In this document: positions 12,701-25,688 of the stretch, piece by piece
How positions within the stretch are numbered: position 1 is the stretch's first letter
Layout: every line of letters starts with the position of its first letter
Assembly (NCBI GenBank): GCA_001949185.1
Contig: BDGG01000019.1
Coordinates: 337,231-401,230, forward strand
Direction of reading: 5' to 3'
DNA from: Ramazzottius varieornatus
Taxonomy: Eukaryota; Animalia; Tardigrada
Length of the DNA stretch: 64,000 nt
Made by a program: the position numbers and the translations under genes
The notes under the pieces: model-generated
What the model saw: the letters and a program-made list of their open reading frames with translations, nothing else
Databases searched by the model: none
Told to the model about the DNA's origin: nothing

Positions 12701-14722
12701 AGCACCAGAGGATGCTTTAATCCAAATGAGTTCCTTCGGGCATACTCTGTCGGGTTCTCCCTGGGAGTACTCGAAATGACAGAAGGTGCAGCTAAAAATG
12801 TAAATGAAACCCTATATTAATCCACCTGTCAGAGTAATTTTGTTCATCAAATTTCTCCCTTGCTGTAGCGGTCATTTTTCTGAATGAATTTTAATTACCA
12901 AGTTCTATGTCAGGCATCTCGACACCCCAAGAGCCTTTGACCAGGAGAATTTCCAGGATAATGTTATAGTAATAGATATGCTGTACAATTAACCTAAAAA
13001 TAAAAAGCAACATAAAACAACCGTTCAACAAAGACTTGCAAAGGTCCTTCCGTGCTGTTTCTTCCTATAAAAGAACCTATCAAGCTAGAAATACCACAGT
13101 ATTATATTTACTCTGCTTTAAGCCACTGGGGACGTATGAGAGACACGGCCAGAGGTTGTAGTAGCTTCACCGGGCTACAGAAGCTCCCACTGCGGATGAT
13201 GCTTTGACAAAGACGAGCAAAATGGCTCATCAAAAAGCGCAGCGTGCGCAGGTGAGCATCAGGCAACTTGCGGGCGAGATCAAGGACAAGGCCGATTCGT
13301 TCTTCCTCAGAGTCGGAATCAACTGCGAAAAGAAAGAAAATCGATCAGGAAAAGGTGTGAAACGGGACTTGAGCCGAATAGGCCAGTAAGGCCACATTTT
13401 ACGAACTGCATGTCACTCAAGCATACAATTTATTCCAAACAGGGTATGCAGGTATCTGATGAGACGGCAAAGTACAACATACCAACGCACGCACCTGCAA
13501 ACACCGCAATGCGCTATTTCGCGATAAACTTGTATGCAGGTACGTGACGAACGATTGAACTTTTCGTTATCCGTTCATCTTATATGATGATCGAATTTAC
13601 CTGCGGCTTCAATGAACATATCATACATCGAAGTCGGTATCACAGGTGTGGGTAGTTCCAGAAGATAACGCTTGACAAGCTCCACTACGCAGGAGACTTC
13701 GCATGCTGACAGGATATTAAACTCTGGAACGGAACAGAATAAGCTCGTTACTAAATTGCGCTAACCTCAATCTTTCACGACCAACCCCCTTTGATTAAGA
13801 CTAACCTCCAGTGGCGGTAATTTGATCTTCCAGAGTGCGAATGACATCCGGTGAGGCACTTTGAGCGTAGACAGTATTGAGATCGGCCTTGTTAGCCCTA
13901 CGTTCAATTTCCTCGATGGCGCGGCTCAAGAGCGCCGGCGCTTGCTCGTCGGAAAGTAGATGCTGCGTCAGCTCCACGCCGAAAACTAGAACGACAAAAC
14001 ATTATCACAAGGTAGGGATTGATCCAGGCGTGGGTAATTTCGGGCTAGAGGGGGAGTTTACCTCGTCGAGAAGCAAAGCCTTCGTTGCAATTGAGACATC
14101 CACAGCGCTTTTCATGTCGGGCCGTACAACACGAAGATGAACGCATGCCATATCCGCTGCACGCTGCAAAACAAAACGCCTCAGTCAAATAATCATCAAA
14201 GCATGTCCTGCCAGTACCGAAAGCTGTAAAAGTACCATAAGTAAACAGGAGAAGGAGATCGGAGAACGTCGTGCTGGGAAAGACAACTTTTGCGAAGAAA
14301 ACGAAAACTGAATTTGAGCTCTGCCCGACGAGCCGACCAAAACCATCGTAACGTGCGCGTCATGGTGAGCAGTGAAGCGTACCTTGCGAAAATATCCCAC
14401 CCCTAAAGCAAGACTGTGCTCCGAACCCTCGAGCAACTCAAGGCTGTGCTCCACCCTCCTATAAGTTTAACACTGCAAGTTTTGCAAGGTGACTTCTCAG
14501 CTTGATCATGCGTTCTCTTTTCCTCGTACGAAAGTATTCTTCTGTCCAGCACGTCAACCATTCACCACACCTGACTGACTGATGACCACTGACCAAAGGT
14601 GCCAAAGGCAACTGCTTGACAAACTTGAGCAGCCAAGCTTGTTCTTCGCTGCACAATCTATCTTCTGCTTCATTGTCCGGCCCGGCGGGCCAGCACGAAG
14701 TTCCAACGTTCAAGGCCGCCAT
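9765..14722 (-). CDS. PIK3R: PI3K regulatory subunit p85-like (C1-like, RhoGAP/BH, nSH2, iSH2, cSH2), multi-exon; 5' end uncertain
   Basis: nSH2 EWYWGAVSRDEA...GTFLVRASS...KYGFAEP; iSH2 coiled coil (EQIKIHEKF...NYSLLKARL); cSH2 WYIPKATREEAEKLLNGREPGTFLVR...LKSLIDHYATVSLKAHNP; RhoGAP VFGVELTQH...IEEIERR. Confidence 0.88.
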
Positions 14723-17700
14723 GCTACAACTCTCTCGTAACAATTCTAATCAAAATTGATGGATGCTCCTCTCTAGCTTTTATGTGCGACGACGTAACCA
14801 TGATTGCACAACGGAGCGCCGATCAAGGTCGAAGCTCGTGCTCGCTTCCGCACCCAGAAGGCAGGACCCCTGAAAGAATTATTAGCTCTACTCGTATCTT
14901 CCTCCTTCCTCGTCCGAACTCTTTCTTTCGCTCTTCCCATCCGCACAAATTATACCCCGCACGACCTACTTTGTTCTCCTCCCAACACAGAGGAAAACTA
15001 TCCATCTTGAAAGTTACATCATACTTACATTGACAGGCGCATCCGTGGCTCATTAAAGGCCTAGAGTTCTCCGTCGCTTTCAACGCGCGAAGACGATCTG
15101 CAAAAGAAAAATCAAAACCCACACAGTTAAAAACAAGATATCATACGTCGACCAATCAACAAAGAAACCTTCGACCCAATACATTCACCCAAATCAGAAT
15201 TTTTCGTCGAATAGAAACCCTAAATCAGCGCTCAACGATGCGAGCTTCCATTGATTGACATCCGCAAATTGATCGGATCAGTTCTGATATTCATGAATTT
15301 CACTGAAATTTTCTTCCTGTCTTCGTCTTCAAGTTTTCGCGTGACAGACATGAATATGTGATTCTCATTAGGGGATACTTTCTATGCTGGCACCTCGATC
15401 TCCGGCGCCAGGCCTCGTTGCCGCAGGCTTCGAAGACCTCGTCGACATTCGCCTTACGAGCCACTTTCGTTATAATTTCGTTTATAATAGTCATATTGTT
15501 ACGAGGGTTTTCGAGGTCGACGACTCTCGTAAAAGATTCCCTTAATATCTAAATCCAACCTCAATCCCGTTCTTTCATCATCCAACCGGCTTTCCTTTCT
15601 TCCTCTCTCGATGGGGGAAATATCGATCGACCCTCACGAGCTTCAGTAAAGTCCCTCATTCTCTCCCTTCCCACGTCACGAACGAACTATCGCTCTTTTA
15701 TTACCGGCAATGAACTCAAACAGCGGAATTATCTCGAGAGTCTAGTCCTTACTATCCTCTGTTCGACTAGACTTTGTACTGTGGCTATGATTTCAGTTAC
15801 CCACGTCAGCAGGCGCACAGTAAACGCGTTGACCGCGATTCGTAATCTCCTAAATAGACTTTCCGTGTCGTCTACGATAAAAAAGAAGATAAGTTTCAGC
15901 AGCATGTAGAGCTCTCTTCGTTCCGCCAACAAGGGCCTCACACGCCGGGGGTTCTTCGAAAGACCAAAGGGCCATTTTTTGATCAACCCAGATTACTTCC
16001 CCCAGGAGAGATCTGCCATTTTGATGTCTGCACCTACTGAGCTTCTCCACCGACCCGAAGCTTCTCGCTGGCAAGGCTCCGGCGGGTATAATTAGCGTAG
16101 AAGAACCTCCGTACAGTTTCGAGTGTCTGGGAAACTTCCCGGTTCCATGTAACGAAGACTCATCTCAAAGTCTTCCGCTTCGTGGCGGATCTTCTCGATT
16201 TTTCTCCTGTGGTCAAACCCGACATTCCTTCACTGCAAGGACAACAGACTTTCAACAGGCTGATCTGGCTGACAGAAGTTATTCTGTTGCTGCGTTGGCG
16301 AACTTTCCTTACTGTATTGTATTCTCACTGCATACCTGAAGACTTCGAGCAACAGAAAAAAATGTGCTGAGTCGACGAGTGCATTAGAAGTACCAAAGTA
16401 CCTTGGTGGTGATGTCAACCCTCGAGCTCAATTTCGAGGGTTCTCACATGCTGCCTAATGGAGTAATCGTCAGGCGACGCAGCTAAAGATGGTCTCCCTC
16501 GACGCAGAAAGAATGCAAGATGGGCATTCGTGATTACCTGGAACTGCATGCCGCAATCGAGGAACCCAGACATGCACTTTCGAAGAACCCGGAGTACGTC
16601 TCGTCGAAGTCGTCTTTTCGGAGCAGCCGAAATTCAGTTCCTCGATGACCTCTCGCAACCACGATAATGGGTTGAATAATGCGAAATTTGCCGAAATTCG
16701 ACCTACCGGAGTGATTTTCAGACAGCAACGTTTTGTTCTATAAAGACATTCGAGTCAACAGATATCTGGTTTCAGAATGACGCTAGCAAAGAATCACGAA
16801 GATGACTTCCCGCTATCAGCCAACAGCAATGAGAACGTGCGCCACTTGAGGCAGCAATCTGGGTGAATTCAGGATAAATTACATGCTTTTATTCACCAAT
16901 TATTTTCATTTCTTTTTCTGTGACGTTATGATGGAACCAACCTCGGTCAAAACTGCTCCCTTTTCACCTATCTGCCCTTCTCACCAATTTCCGTGGTTCT
17001 ACTCATTAGGCATTACAGAACGCTGTCTGATTCACGCAACGTCCTTCTCCTCCCATCTAGTTTCCGATTACCTTCAGCAAAAACATGGAGCAGAATGTCA
17101 ACGGGCTAGGAGCTAGGTAAGCAGTCCTTCCCTCTGATTTAGCGAATTCTGCAAGGCCTGCAAGTCTCCGGAAGAACCAATACAGTGCTCATCAACGTGT
17201 GCCTGGACAAGAGACTAATGCACGGTTAGGTAAAACTTCCGCGTTGCGTGTCCTTCATGATGCCAAGGTTCGACGTGCCTCGATCATGTAATTAGCCACC
17301 GGCTCATCACACTATCTCGATACGCGTTCAGCAAGCTTGAAGAACCAGTCGAAGAGCAAACTTACAGAATTATTGTTACTCGATATCCTCAGGCGCCATG
17401 TGCCAAATTTCCCGTTTTCTCTTCTGCCCTTCGTCGTTTTGATGTCCTTCAAACCCTGTAACGAAACTGAGGAATATTGCAATTAAGACAGGAAAACGAG
17501 CCTTTGTACGCTAATCACTTTATGGAAGGACAGCCGCCAAATCGGAGCCCTTTTCGCCGTTTCTCATCCTTGTCGTTCCGTACAGACGTCTCTCACTGCC
17601 CTTCCTTTCGTTCCAGCTGAGCAAACTGCCCGTATCGCCTGGTCTTCGCAGACGGAAAAGGCGGCTTATCAAGATAAAAGCCGAAGAAGTAAAACCAGAC

Positions 17701-19223
17701 AGAAGAGTTGTAAGAAGAGCTCGAAAAGAGAAGCGACTCCACGCTCAAATCTGCACAGCGTTAACAAGGCCGTGCCACGCTACGATCCAAACAGTGTCAA
17801 GGCCGTGCTAAGTACCTCTTGATTGCTTGATACTGTTTAAGCAACTTCTTCCGGGAATTCGGACTCTTCCTTCTCAAACAAATTCCGGTGCAGTTGTGCA
17901 ACACTTAGACAGAGAAATTCTAGATAGGTGCACACAAATGAGCCCTAGTTGACCGCTACAGCAAGGTGTGCACGAGACAAGAATTATCCGCAGTGTACGG
18001 CGACTCACCTTCAAGTGTAGTCAGATGATAGTCTCCAGAAACGGATTCAGCGAAGTTCCCGTCCATAACAGGACGACCTCAGTTGTGGGGTGAATCCTCA
18101 GTTGTGAGCTGCGAACCAGGCCGAAAACTGCGGAATTTTTGGGTCGATGAAACCGACAAAATGGACTTACCGCGATGGAATTAAGTCCTGTCACGAACGG
18201 ATGGGAAAAATCATCATCGCATCGATAAGGTCCGAAAAATTCCCTGTGCGCTCTATATACCACGCTTCCGATGCAGACGAAGATTACCGCAGCCAGGAGT
18301 GCTCCTGCAAAGTATGCAACCGAAAATGTACGCTGTAATGGCAAACGGGTTGGAGCAGCTGCCAGCTGCTACGAGAAGGAAGAATGCATGACTTCTGGCA
18401 AGATCAAACTGTTCTGGCAGATTTTCTGCGGGGTTAGTTTTATTATTTAATTTTTGACTGAATGGACGTACAGTAGGACGATAGTATCAAGGCGCTTCCT
18501 TCTCGGGTCTGCTGTCAAGTAGGAGCGTGACCTCCATTTCAGCCTACTGGTAGTGGCCCCGCCTTCTTTGACGTCATTGCGGGGACTCTGTTACGCGCAC
18601 GGGTTGCGATATCGCAGTTCCGAGGACTATACGATGGCGACGCGCAGGCCGAGGCAGATTTCCGACCTGATACGAGTTCTTCTGCCAAGTCAATTATTTT
18701 AAGCTTTGGAAAGTTGGCAGGCTTCCTCCACGAAGCATGGACGACAGAGAAAAGAATAATGAGATGGCAGACTGGTTGTGATAAACGAACGAGACCAGCC
18801 AGTCTGCCAAAAACTCGAGTTCTCGACGAGGACCAGCAGATGGCAGTCATAGCACGAACATTTTGATTTCCGCTGCTAGTCTGTTGGCGTCATGAAGCAG
18901 TTAACTTACGGCTTGTCCGTACTTCGGAGGAAACGCGTTGCTAATGTGGAATGTGTCAAGTTTGGGCATTTTGTGTGAACAGACTTGATATCGATAACTT
19001 TATTGGCGGTGTTTCGGGTACTAAAAGCAGGAAGTTAATGAAGAAGAAAATAAAATTAAAAATTATAAGTCAGTGGTTGTGCTCACTTCCTTCTCGCAAG
19101 ATGCAAGATTCGTCTCAGGCACTCTCAGCAAAACTTGAAATTGCAGACGACTTGCGTCTGGTCCGCCTGAGGTACTATTGCATCAATTATGATAATCATA
19201 CATGATTATTATTCGTCATTCAA

Positions 19224-19750
19224 CACCCTGATTACCACCGTACTCACTGTGAGTACAATACGACACTTTTCCGCTCCCCATAATTTCCATTTCCCCCGGT
19301 TTGAATCAAACTTTTTTTCTTTGCCTGGTCTTCGGTATTATCACCGAAACGCAGCTGATGACCACTGGTCAGTACAACTTCCGCAGGCTGGAAAAAATCC
19401 TTACGATTTCGGGCAGTTTCGGGGGTATTTTAGGTTTCATGTCTTTGCTCCAGATACACACCAACCATCTGTTTAGAAAAAAATTGAAACACTGAGGAGG
19501 GCTTCCTCTACCGATACTAGGCCTGGGACAAACTTGGTGTCATCGGTGCGTCCAGAAGAAAATTAAAACGGCCAGGGCTACTTTTCCCACGTTGGCCTTT
19601 ACGGCCTGCCAATCTTCACAATTTCGAAATTCTCAAAGTTGTCTATTGGTTAATTTGGGTTACGCCTTCCATCATCCTCCAGTTAAAGTTCTGTGCTCAC
19701 AGTGAATACGCTGGTAATCTGCCGACACAAAAAGCTTCGTATTCAGGGTG
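19224..19750. mobile_element. piggyBac-like MITE, copy 1 (527 bp)
   Basis: TIR CACCCTGA(T/A)TAC at both ends; flanks TCAA (left) and TTAA (right); appears identical to 28014-28540. Confidence 0.8.
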
Positions 19751-20444
19751 TTAAATATCTTTCTCGCTGATTTATATTCTGCGCCCGTACCAAAGAAAAA
19801 AATGATTCTATTGTGGTTTCTATTGTGCATTCGAACAAGATAATAATACTGTAATAATAATCTACTATGATGATTGTTAGGTAACTACGCGTTAGCCACA
19901 CCCAAGTCGGTCGGAAAGTTTTGGAAGTGCTTGAGTGCCAGAACTCGACCGCGGGCTCTTCTTAGCCGCTTTGGCCTCGGTTAAGAACGGCTAAAACGGC
20001 TTATCTTCGTTTCGCCGAGCCTCTGCTCTTCTTCAGGCAACGAGAGACTCCGGAAACCTGTCAGCGACGGGGTGTCAGGATCAGGATCGAGGAAATCCAT
20101 TCAACTACTAGTAAACGACAACATTGGCAGAGCATCAACGATTCAATTAATAATAGTGACTGCACTTCCTGATCCTGATGCCTCATCGCTGACAGGTTGC
20201 CGCAATCGCTAGAATATGTCACTGCCGATGGCTTAGGACCAAGGGGAAGACACAAAATTCGGCAAACCGAATGGATCAAAGCTGCGTTCATCGCTTCCCT
20301 TTGATGGGGGGGGGGGGGTCCATTCGGTGCATTTTATCGTCTTACGTAATACTTGAATGATCCCCAAATTGTTCAGGAGAGCATTTAATAGTTATGGACC
20401 CCAAGGGTGAAATTAACCACGGCTTTCACCTATGTCGATGTCGA

Positions 20445-21133
20445 AAGCATACCGGATAGCTCGATACGATATCGGCGGATATAGTATCGACAGATATCGT
20501 GTACAGTGTAGTTTATCGGTTTTATTAATTTGCGTATTTGGGCCAACACAGGGTGCAAATTCATAGGTTTTCACGACCGAACCGGCAAATCCTGGGCTCG
20601 TTTGAGTGTTTCGAGACGCATGCTGTGATGTCCAGTCTAAAGTTCGGTCATTCTGAGGAGCATTTTCTGAGGAGCATCTTATTCTCTAAGGTCTCAAATC
20701 GATCGGCGGACTGATGAAACATAGTTTTCCGGAGCGGCGGGAACAGCGTTCGACATATCGATATATCGCTACAATAAAATTCGATATATCGAAATGTCGA
20801 TATGGCACAGATATCGAAAAGTGCGACACGATATCGGAAATATCTTATCGAAAATATCTTATCGAAAATATTTGTACAGGAGGAGTAAGCATGTGTGACC
20901 CAGTGAGGAAATGTGTGACCCAGTAGTCTCAGACGGCGTAACATGTATCAAGTATGCATTACGTTAACAGAAACACTTTTTATGTAAGATAGACAACACT
21001 ATTTTCGTTACGTCATAGGCTTTATTTTAATTACGAGTGTCTCATGCTTTCCCATGGATGCGCCGTCTGAGACTACTGGGTCACACATGCTTACTCCTCC
21101 TGTATCGTATTTCATTGTAGTTTGCCAGCACTG
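20445..21133. mobile_element. Degenerate hAT-type MITE with CGATAT subterminal repeats; left end eroded
   Basis: Dense CGATA(T/C) repeats, shared string GCTCGATACGATAT...CGGCGGATAT with the 48537 element, right end TTTGCCAGCACTG similar to that element's TIR; no TSD recovered. Confidence 0.55.
20877..21102. mobile_element. Tc1/mariner-type MITE nested in the hAT relic
   Basis: TIR CAGGAGGAGTAAGCATGTGTGACCCAGT(..)AGTCTCAGACGGCG; TA on both sides (20875-76, 21103-04). Confidence 0.85.
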
Positions 21134-22240
21134 ACCAGAACTCCGAAAGTGCTCGCTAGGGCGCCTCTCTGCGCAGAGCATTTTGCTCGTGTTAATACCG
21201 GCTCTTAACACCCCTGTGTTTTTCGGGTGCTGTTCTCATATCTTTTAGCCACTCGTACTGATTTGATTATCGCGGAACACTGCAGTAAATTGAGCCAGCG
21301 GTACGGTTCAACATTACGAATAACTTGATGTCATAAAAGGCCAGTTCCGAGCGAAAATTCTTTGAACGCATTCTCATATGGAGATACCCATGTGCATTTT
21401 GCAGAATGTTCCTGAGAACCTTTACTCAGCAATTACAAGACGTGAAGTTCAGATCGTTATGACTAAAAAAGTATGTGTTGCTGCTTTCAAACAGACATAG
21501 AAGTCGCCAGTGGACATTGGGACTGTCAGCCGTACCAGGCGACCGGGTACCGAAACCGTGCCCGATCCGAGTCATCCGACCGGTTGAAATATAGTGACAC
21601 ATAGGTTGATTGATCAAGCTTGGTTGGCTCACTCTCAGAAATCAGTTTTTGTTGCCAACTTTCTCTCGCAATACTTGTCAAGATTCCAGAACCTCGGTCA
21701 CATCCACCACCTGTTGCCAGAGCTTCGCCGAAAAGGCTGGCCTTCCAGCGGAGCTTTAGAATGAATCATAGACCGCTTGAGTCATCACAGAAAGCTGTTC
21801 AGGCATTCTAAAGCCGTTAAATTGGGGAAACTATGGCAAGCCTGAGCCTATGGCGGAGAGATCAAAGGATGGGAACCAAGGTTCATTCACATCTGACGGA
21901 GTAAAAAGCGTCTTCCAGTCAAATAATCGACTCCAGTAAACTGTGGGCTCCGCCCAGACCGCTTACCACGCCCATTGACCAATAGACAGAAAGGACGGTC
22001 CAGTAAACCAGCTGCGATTGGGCGGTCAACCTATCAATGCCAATAGACTCTGGTCGGTAGCGTATGACGGTGACGATGACGATGCCATGACGATGATTAT
22101 CGTCACCGTAGAAAGACGGTCTGATCTTCAGTGTGGTCGGTGACGACACGGTGTCGTATTGACAATAATTTTCCGCTTCGCTTCCGTACAAATTCGCTTT
22201 CCTGCCATTTCCATTTTCCACTTTCCGGACAAATTTCAAG

Positions 22241-23435
22241 ATGGAGTTACATATCCTGTACGCTCTCTACTATAACAAGCACATATCCCGAAAGCAGTTC
22301 ATCATCCTTCGAAGGCGTATGCGCAGTAGAAAGGCGGCTGTTCTGGAAGAAGATGCGTGGAGGGAGCAATCCTTCGATCTGGATGACTACTCCGACAAGG
22401 AATGCCGTGCCTACTTTCGTTTCAAACGGGAAGCTCTGTTCCAGCTACTGGAAGCCTTTGGGATACCAGACGTCGTCCGAACACCGAGTCGAGACTCTGC
22501 CACCGGACTGGAAGCCCTTTGCATCGTTTTGCGAAGACTGGCGTATCCAAACAGGTGGTTGGAGATGAGGAAAATGTTCGGACGTTCTCATAGCTCCTTA
22601 AACCGACTGTTCTACGCGACACTACGGGTTATTGACCGGTCTTCGAAGGTCTTGAAGACATGGGATCACAGCTGGCTTAAGGAAGACGACTTCGAAATTT
22701 ACGCCGATTCCATTGTCGCGAAAGGCGGCCCAGGTGTTATCCGGGATGTATTCGCTTTCATAGATGGAACTGCTCGTCCCATCTGCCGCCCAATCTTCTA
22801 CCAACGACAAATGTTCAGTGGTCATAAACGTATTCACTGCACAAAATGGCAGTCCGTGGTTCTTCCCAATGGTAGGTTGCGAGGAAATTTGGATCATCTT
22901 CGGTAGCAAACTACAAGCGTACACGCAATCTCAAAGCGTACACGCAATTAAAAGTCCGCATTTTCTCGCAGGTCTCATCTTGAACTTGTATGGTGGCCAA
23001 AGAGGTTCGATGCACGACAGTCGTCTGTTAAATGAAAGCAAAATCCTGGAAGAATTCCACGAAAAGCAAGCTGGCTTTGTGAGAAAATACGTGCTTTATG
23101 GAGACAGCGGATACGCAAGGAAGAATGGAATACTCCATAAGCCTCACTCTAGGATCGAAATCCGTCATTCAAAAGCAAAGAAGGATCAGAACACCCTCAT
23201 GTCTAAGCTTCGCCAGTCCGTAGAATGGTGCTTTAAAGAAGTCGTCACGAAGTTTGCGTTTGTTGATTTCCGAAAACAGATGAAGCTTTACGAGAAGCCA
23301 GTAAACAGAATTTATCGCGTGGCTGTGCTGTTTACGAACTGTCACAATTACTTGTACCCAAATCAGACAAGCAGGTATTTTGACTTGGAACCTCCTTCTT
23401 TGTTCGAGTACCTTTCTTGCTCGCAAGAGGACTGA
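22241..23435 (+). CDS. Harbinger/HARBI1-like DDE transposase (DDE_Tnp_4), 2 exons, 364 aa
   Basis: FRF...LEALCIVLRRLAYP (HTH), FIDGT, FSGHKRIH, GSMHDS, LYGDSGY, RQSVEWCF; the GT-AG intron 22872-22971 joins the two ORFs in frame. Confidence 0.92.
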
Positions 23436-23490
23436 TCATACTTTGAGAGATTCATTTTACTTGTTAAGGAACCATAAAGCGGATACGCCA

Positions 23491-24604
23491 TCAAATAAGA
23501 TGATTGAATTCATCAAGCGGAATATGAAGTCTCTTTGCCTCTATATCCAGACGACTGCTCTCCAACTCCAGTTCTTTTGCGCGAATGTCCAGCTTTTTGG
23601 CTTCCAAGTCGTAGGCGTTCTTCAGCTCAGCTTCTTTGAGAGCATACTTTCGTTGTGCGTCTTTCTCGAAAAACCCAATCCACTTGTCGTCAGAGACCGC
23701 CATTTCGGATGGTTTGCTTACACGGGACGCCCGGGCCTTCTTCACTTCCGGTTCAGACTTCTCCGCTTTCTCAGCTCGGTCTTTGGCTTTCTGAGCCTTC
23801 CGATATTCCTTCTCATCTTCCCAGTCATCGTTGCTTACTCCGGTGGTGTGGACAAATTCTTGCTTCTCAGCTTCCTCTGCAAAGACAAAAAAGAAGATGT
23901 CCATAAATGCGTATACGCAATCAAGGATCAATCAAGGAGTATCAATCAAACATGTTGCGGAGTGATTCGTAAGGCACACATGACGTCACAGCCGTCTAGG
24001 TTACTTACTGCCGGTTCAACCCCTGTTCAGATCCGAACATCTGTGACGTCGTAAACCACGGATATTTGCCCTTACCGTCAGTTAACTCAGAGGTGTCGCT
24101 GTCCAGCGGTCGCTTTGATCGCCCTTTCTCTCCTTCTTCCATCACAGCCTGACTTGCGCTGTCGCTTTCGATGATCTTTGCAGCCACAGCTTTTGTCTTG
24201 TTGATTCGCGCTTTCTTAGAATCATCGATGGCAGACGAGATGCGAATCACCAGCGCTTTTATCTACCCGTACTGCTCTTCAGTTCCTGACTTCACTTTGT
24301 TCTGCAGGTCGTCTGTACGGTAAGCCTTGACCAAAGTGTTGACGCGTGACTGTACTGCTCGCTTGTACACTGGCTTTGGAAAAAGCTGTAAACGAAAAGC
24401 GTATACGCGAGTTTCAGAGAGAAGCCTTAACAAACGTCTTACCTTTGAATCGTTCAGAGCCTTAACCATCTCGTCCCAAGCTGCAGACTGACATTCTGCC
24501 ATGTAAGGGTTCTTGTTGTCCACCAAGTCCGGTAAGTCAAGGTCGTGCAGTGCTTTGAAAACGTTCTTTGTCGACTGAGCCATGTTTGCTGGAAGATAGT
24601 TCAT
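23491..24604 (-). pseudogene. Harbinger ORF2 (Myb/SANT-like accessory protein) with an in-frame stop
   Basis: AWDEMVKALN...RAVQSRVNTLVKAYR...KSGTEEQYG*IKALVIRI; TAG at 24263-24265 with the frame continuing after it; C-terminal coiled coil; introns present. Confidence 0.7.
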
Positions 24605-25061
24605 TTGGAAGAAGAAAAACGTGAAGTTAGGCACAGAATGAAATTTTCCAGACTCCGCTCATAGTGTAAACTGGCGCATACGCTTCCGCTACAAAGCGTT
24701 GGTTGCCGCACTGCTCGAAGCGGCCATCCGCCAGCGTGCGGACCGGGAGTAAGGGCGATTGCTTCGAATTTCACCACCTCTCACCAGATTTATGGTTTCG
24801 TCCCACATTCCAGCTTCCACCAGTCAACTCAGGTGTCAGACTGATGAAAAATCATTTCCCTACGGTTTAATACTAAGATTGTGCATAAGGAAGCTTTAGG
24901 AAGCCATCGAGGACCACCCAAAATCCATGACGATCTTTTGCTCAAATACCGTCATGTGATAGCTTCACCGTCACGATAAAGGTACTCTCCACCCATTTTT
25001 GATGACGTGAAGGAGCCATCGTCATCGTATGGTCACCGTCATGCGCTACCGACCAGAACCT

Positions 25062-25235
25062 AATGGCTAGTATCGGTGGTCAAACATAGCAAAACCAATG
25101 GCCGGCACCTAGTCCTCAACCTAGAAAGGCCAATGGTCAACCACTAGAAGTCAAGACAGCAAGACCAACGGTCAGCCACTAGTGGTCAATCTACCAAGAT
25201 CAATGGTCAACCACTAGTGATCAACCAACCTATCC
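25062..25235. repeat. Degenerate minisatellite (CCAATGGTCAACCACTAG-like units), also seen left of the transposon at about 21975-22044
   Basis: Repeated ggtcaacc / ccaatggtcaaccactag strings on both sides of the Harbinger element. Confidence 0.6.
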
Positions 25236-25688
25236 ACCCACCCTGGCGATTGTACCATTGTACAATCCTCTACCTTTCTACCTAGTTACCCAGTCACGTG
25301 GCTGGCGATCGTACAGCAGGCAGCACGAGTTACGTCATACCCTGTCGGTCGGACAATGGTACGACCGGCAGGGTCCTGAGAGTAATCAATTGTTTGTTAA
25401 TCAACTACCTGTTTTCGCCAGTTGATTCGTACGAATTTGATTGATTAGACACAAAGCCATTACTCAGCAAAAACTATAATAATAATTGGAAAAATCAGAA
25501 AAAAATCGGGGAATCATTCTGAGAAAAGGATCGTGCTGTCTGGAGCTCGAGCTTTCTCCGATGAGTTTGCAATTCAAAGTCCCCTTGGGTATTCTTCATT
25601 TATCTCTGCTCAGAGCCAGGGGGAGCAGATTTCCTACCAGTTGAAGAAGACGGACTGTGCAGTGGGCTTGCATTTCGTCACGTACAGT

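Larger units (their letters stand above)
22045..25061. mobile_element. PIF/Harbinger-superfamily DNA transposon (about 3.0 kb, two convergent genes)
   Basis: Imperfect TIRs AG(AC/GT)TCTGGTCGGTAGCG(T/C)ATGACGGTGAC; AAT on both flanks (22042-44, 25062-64); encodes a DDE transposase and a Myb/SANT-like protein. Confidence 0.9.

Noticed and set aside
18010-18344. Possible minus-strand exon encoding a transmembrane segment
   Set aside because: Splice-like sites exist but I could not build a coherent gene model.
20306-20318. G13 homopolymer
   Set aside because: A single simple run in the TE island with no further support for function.
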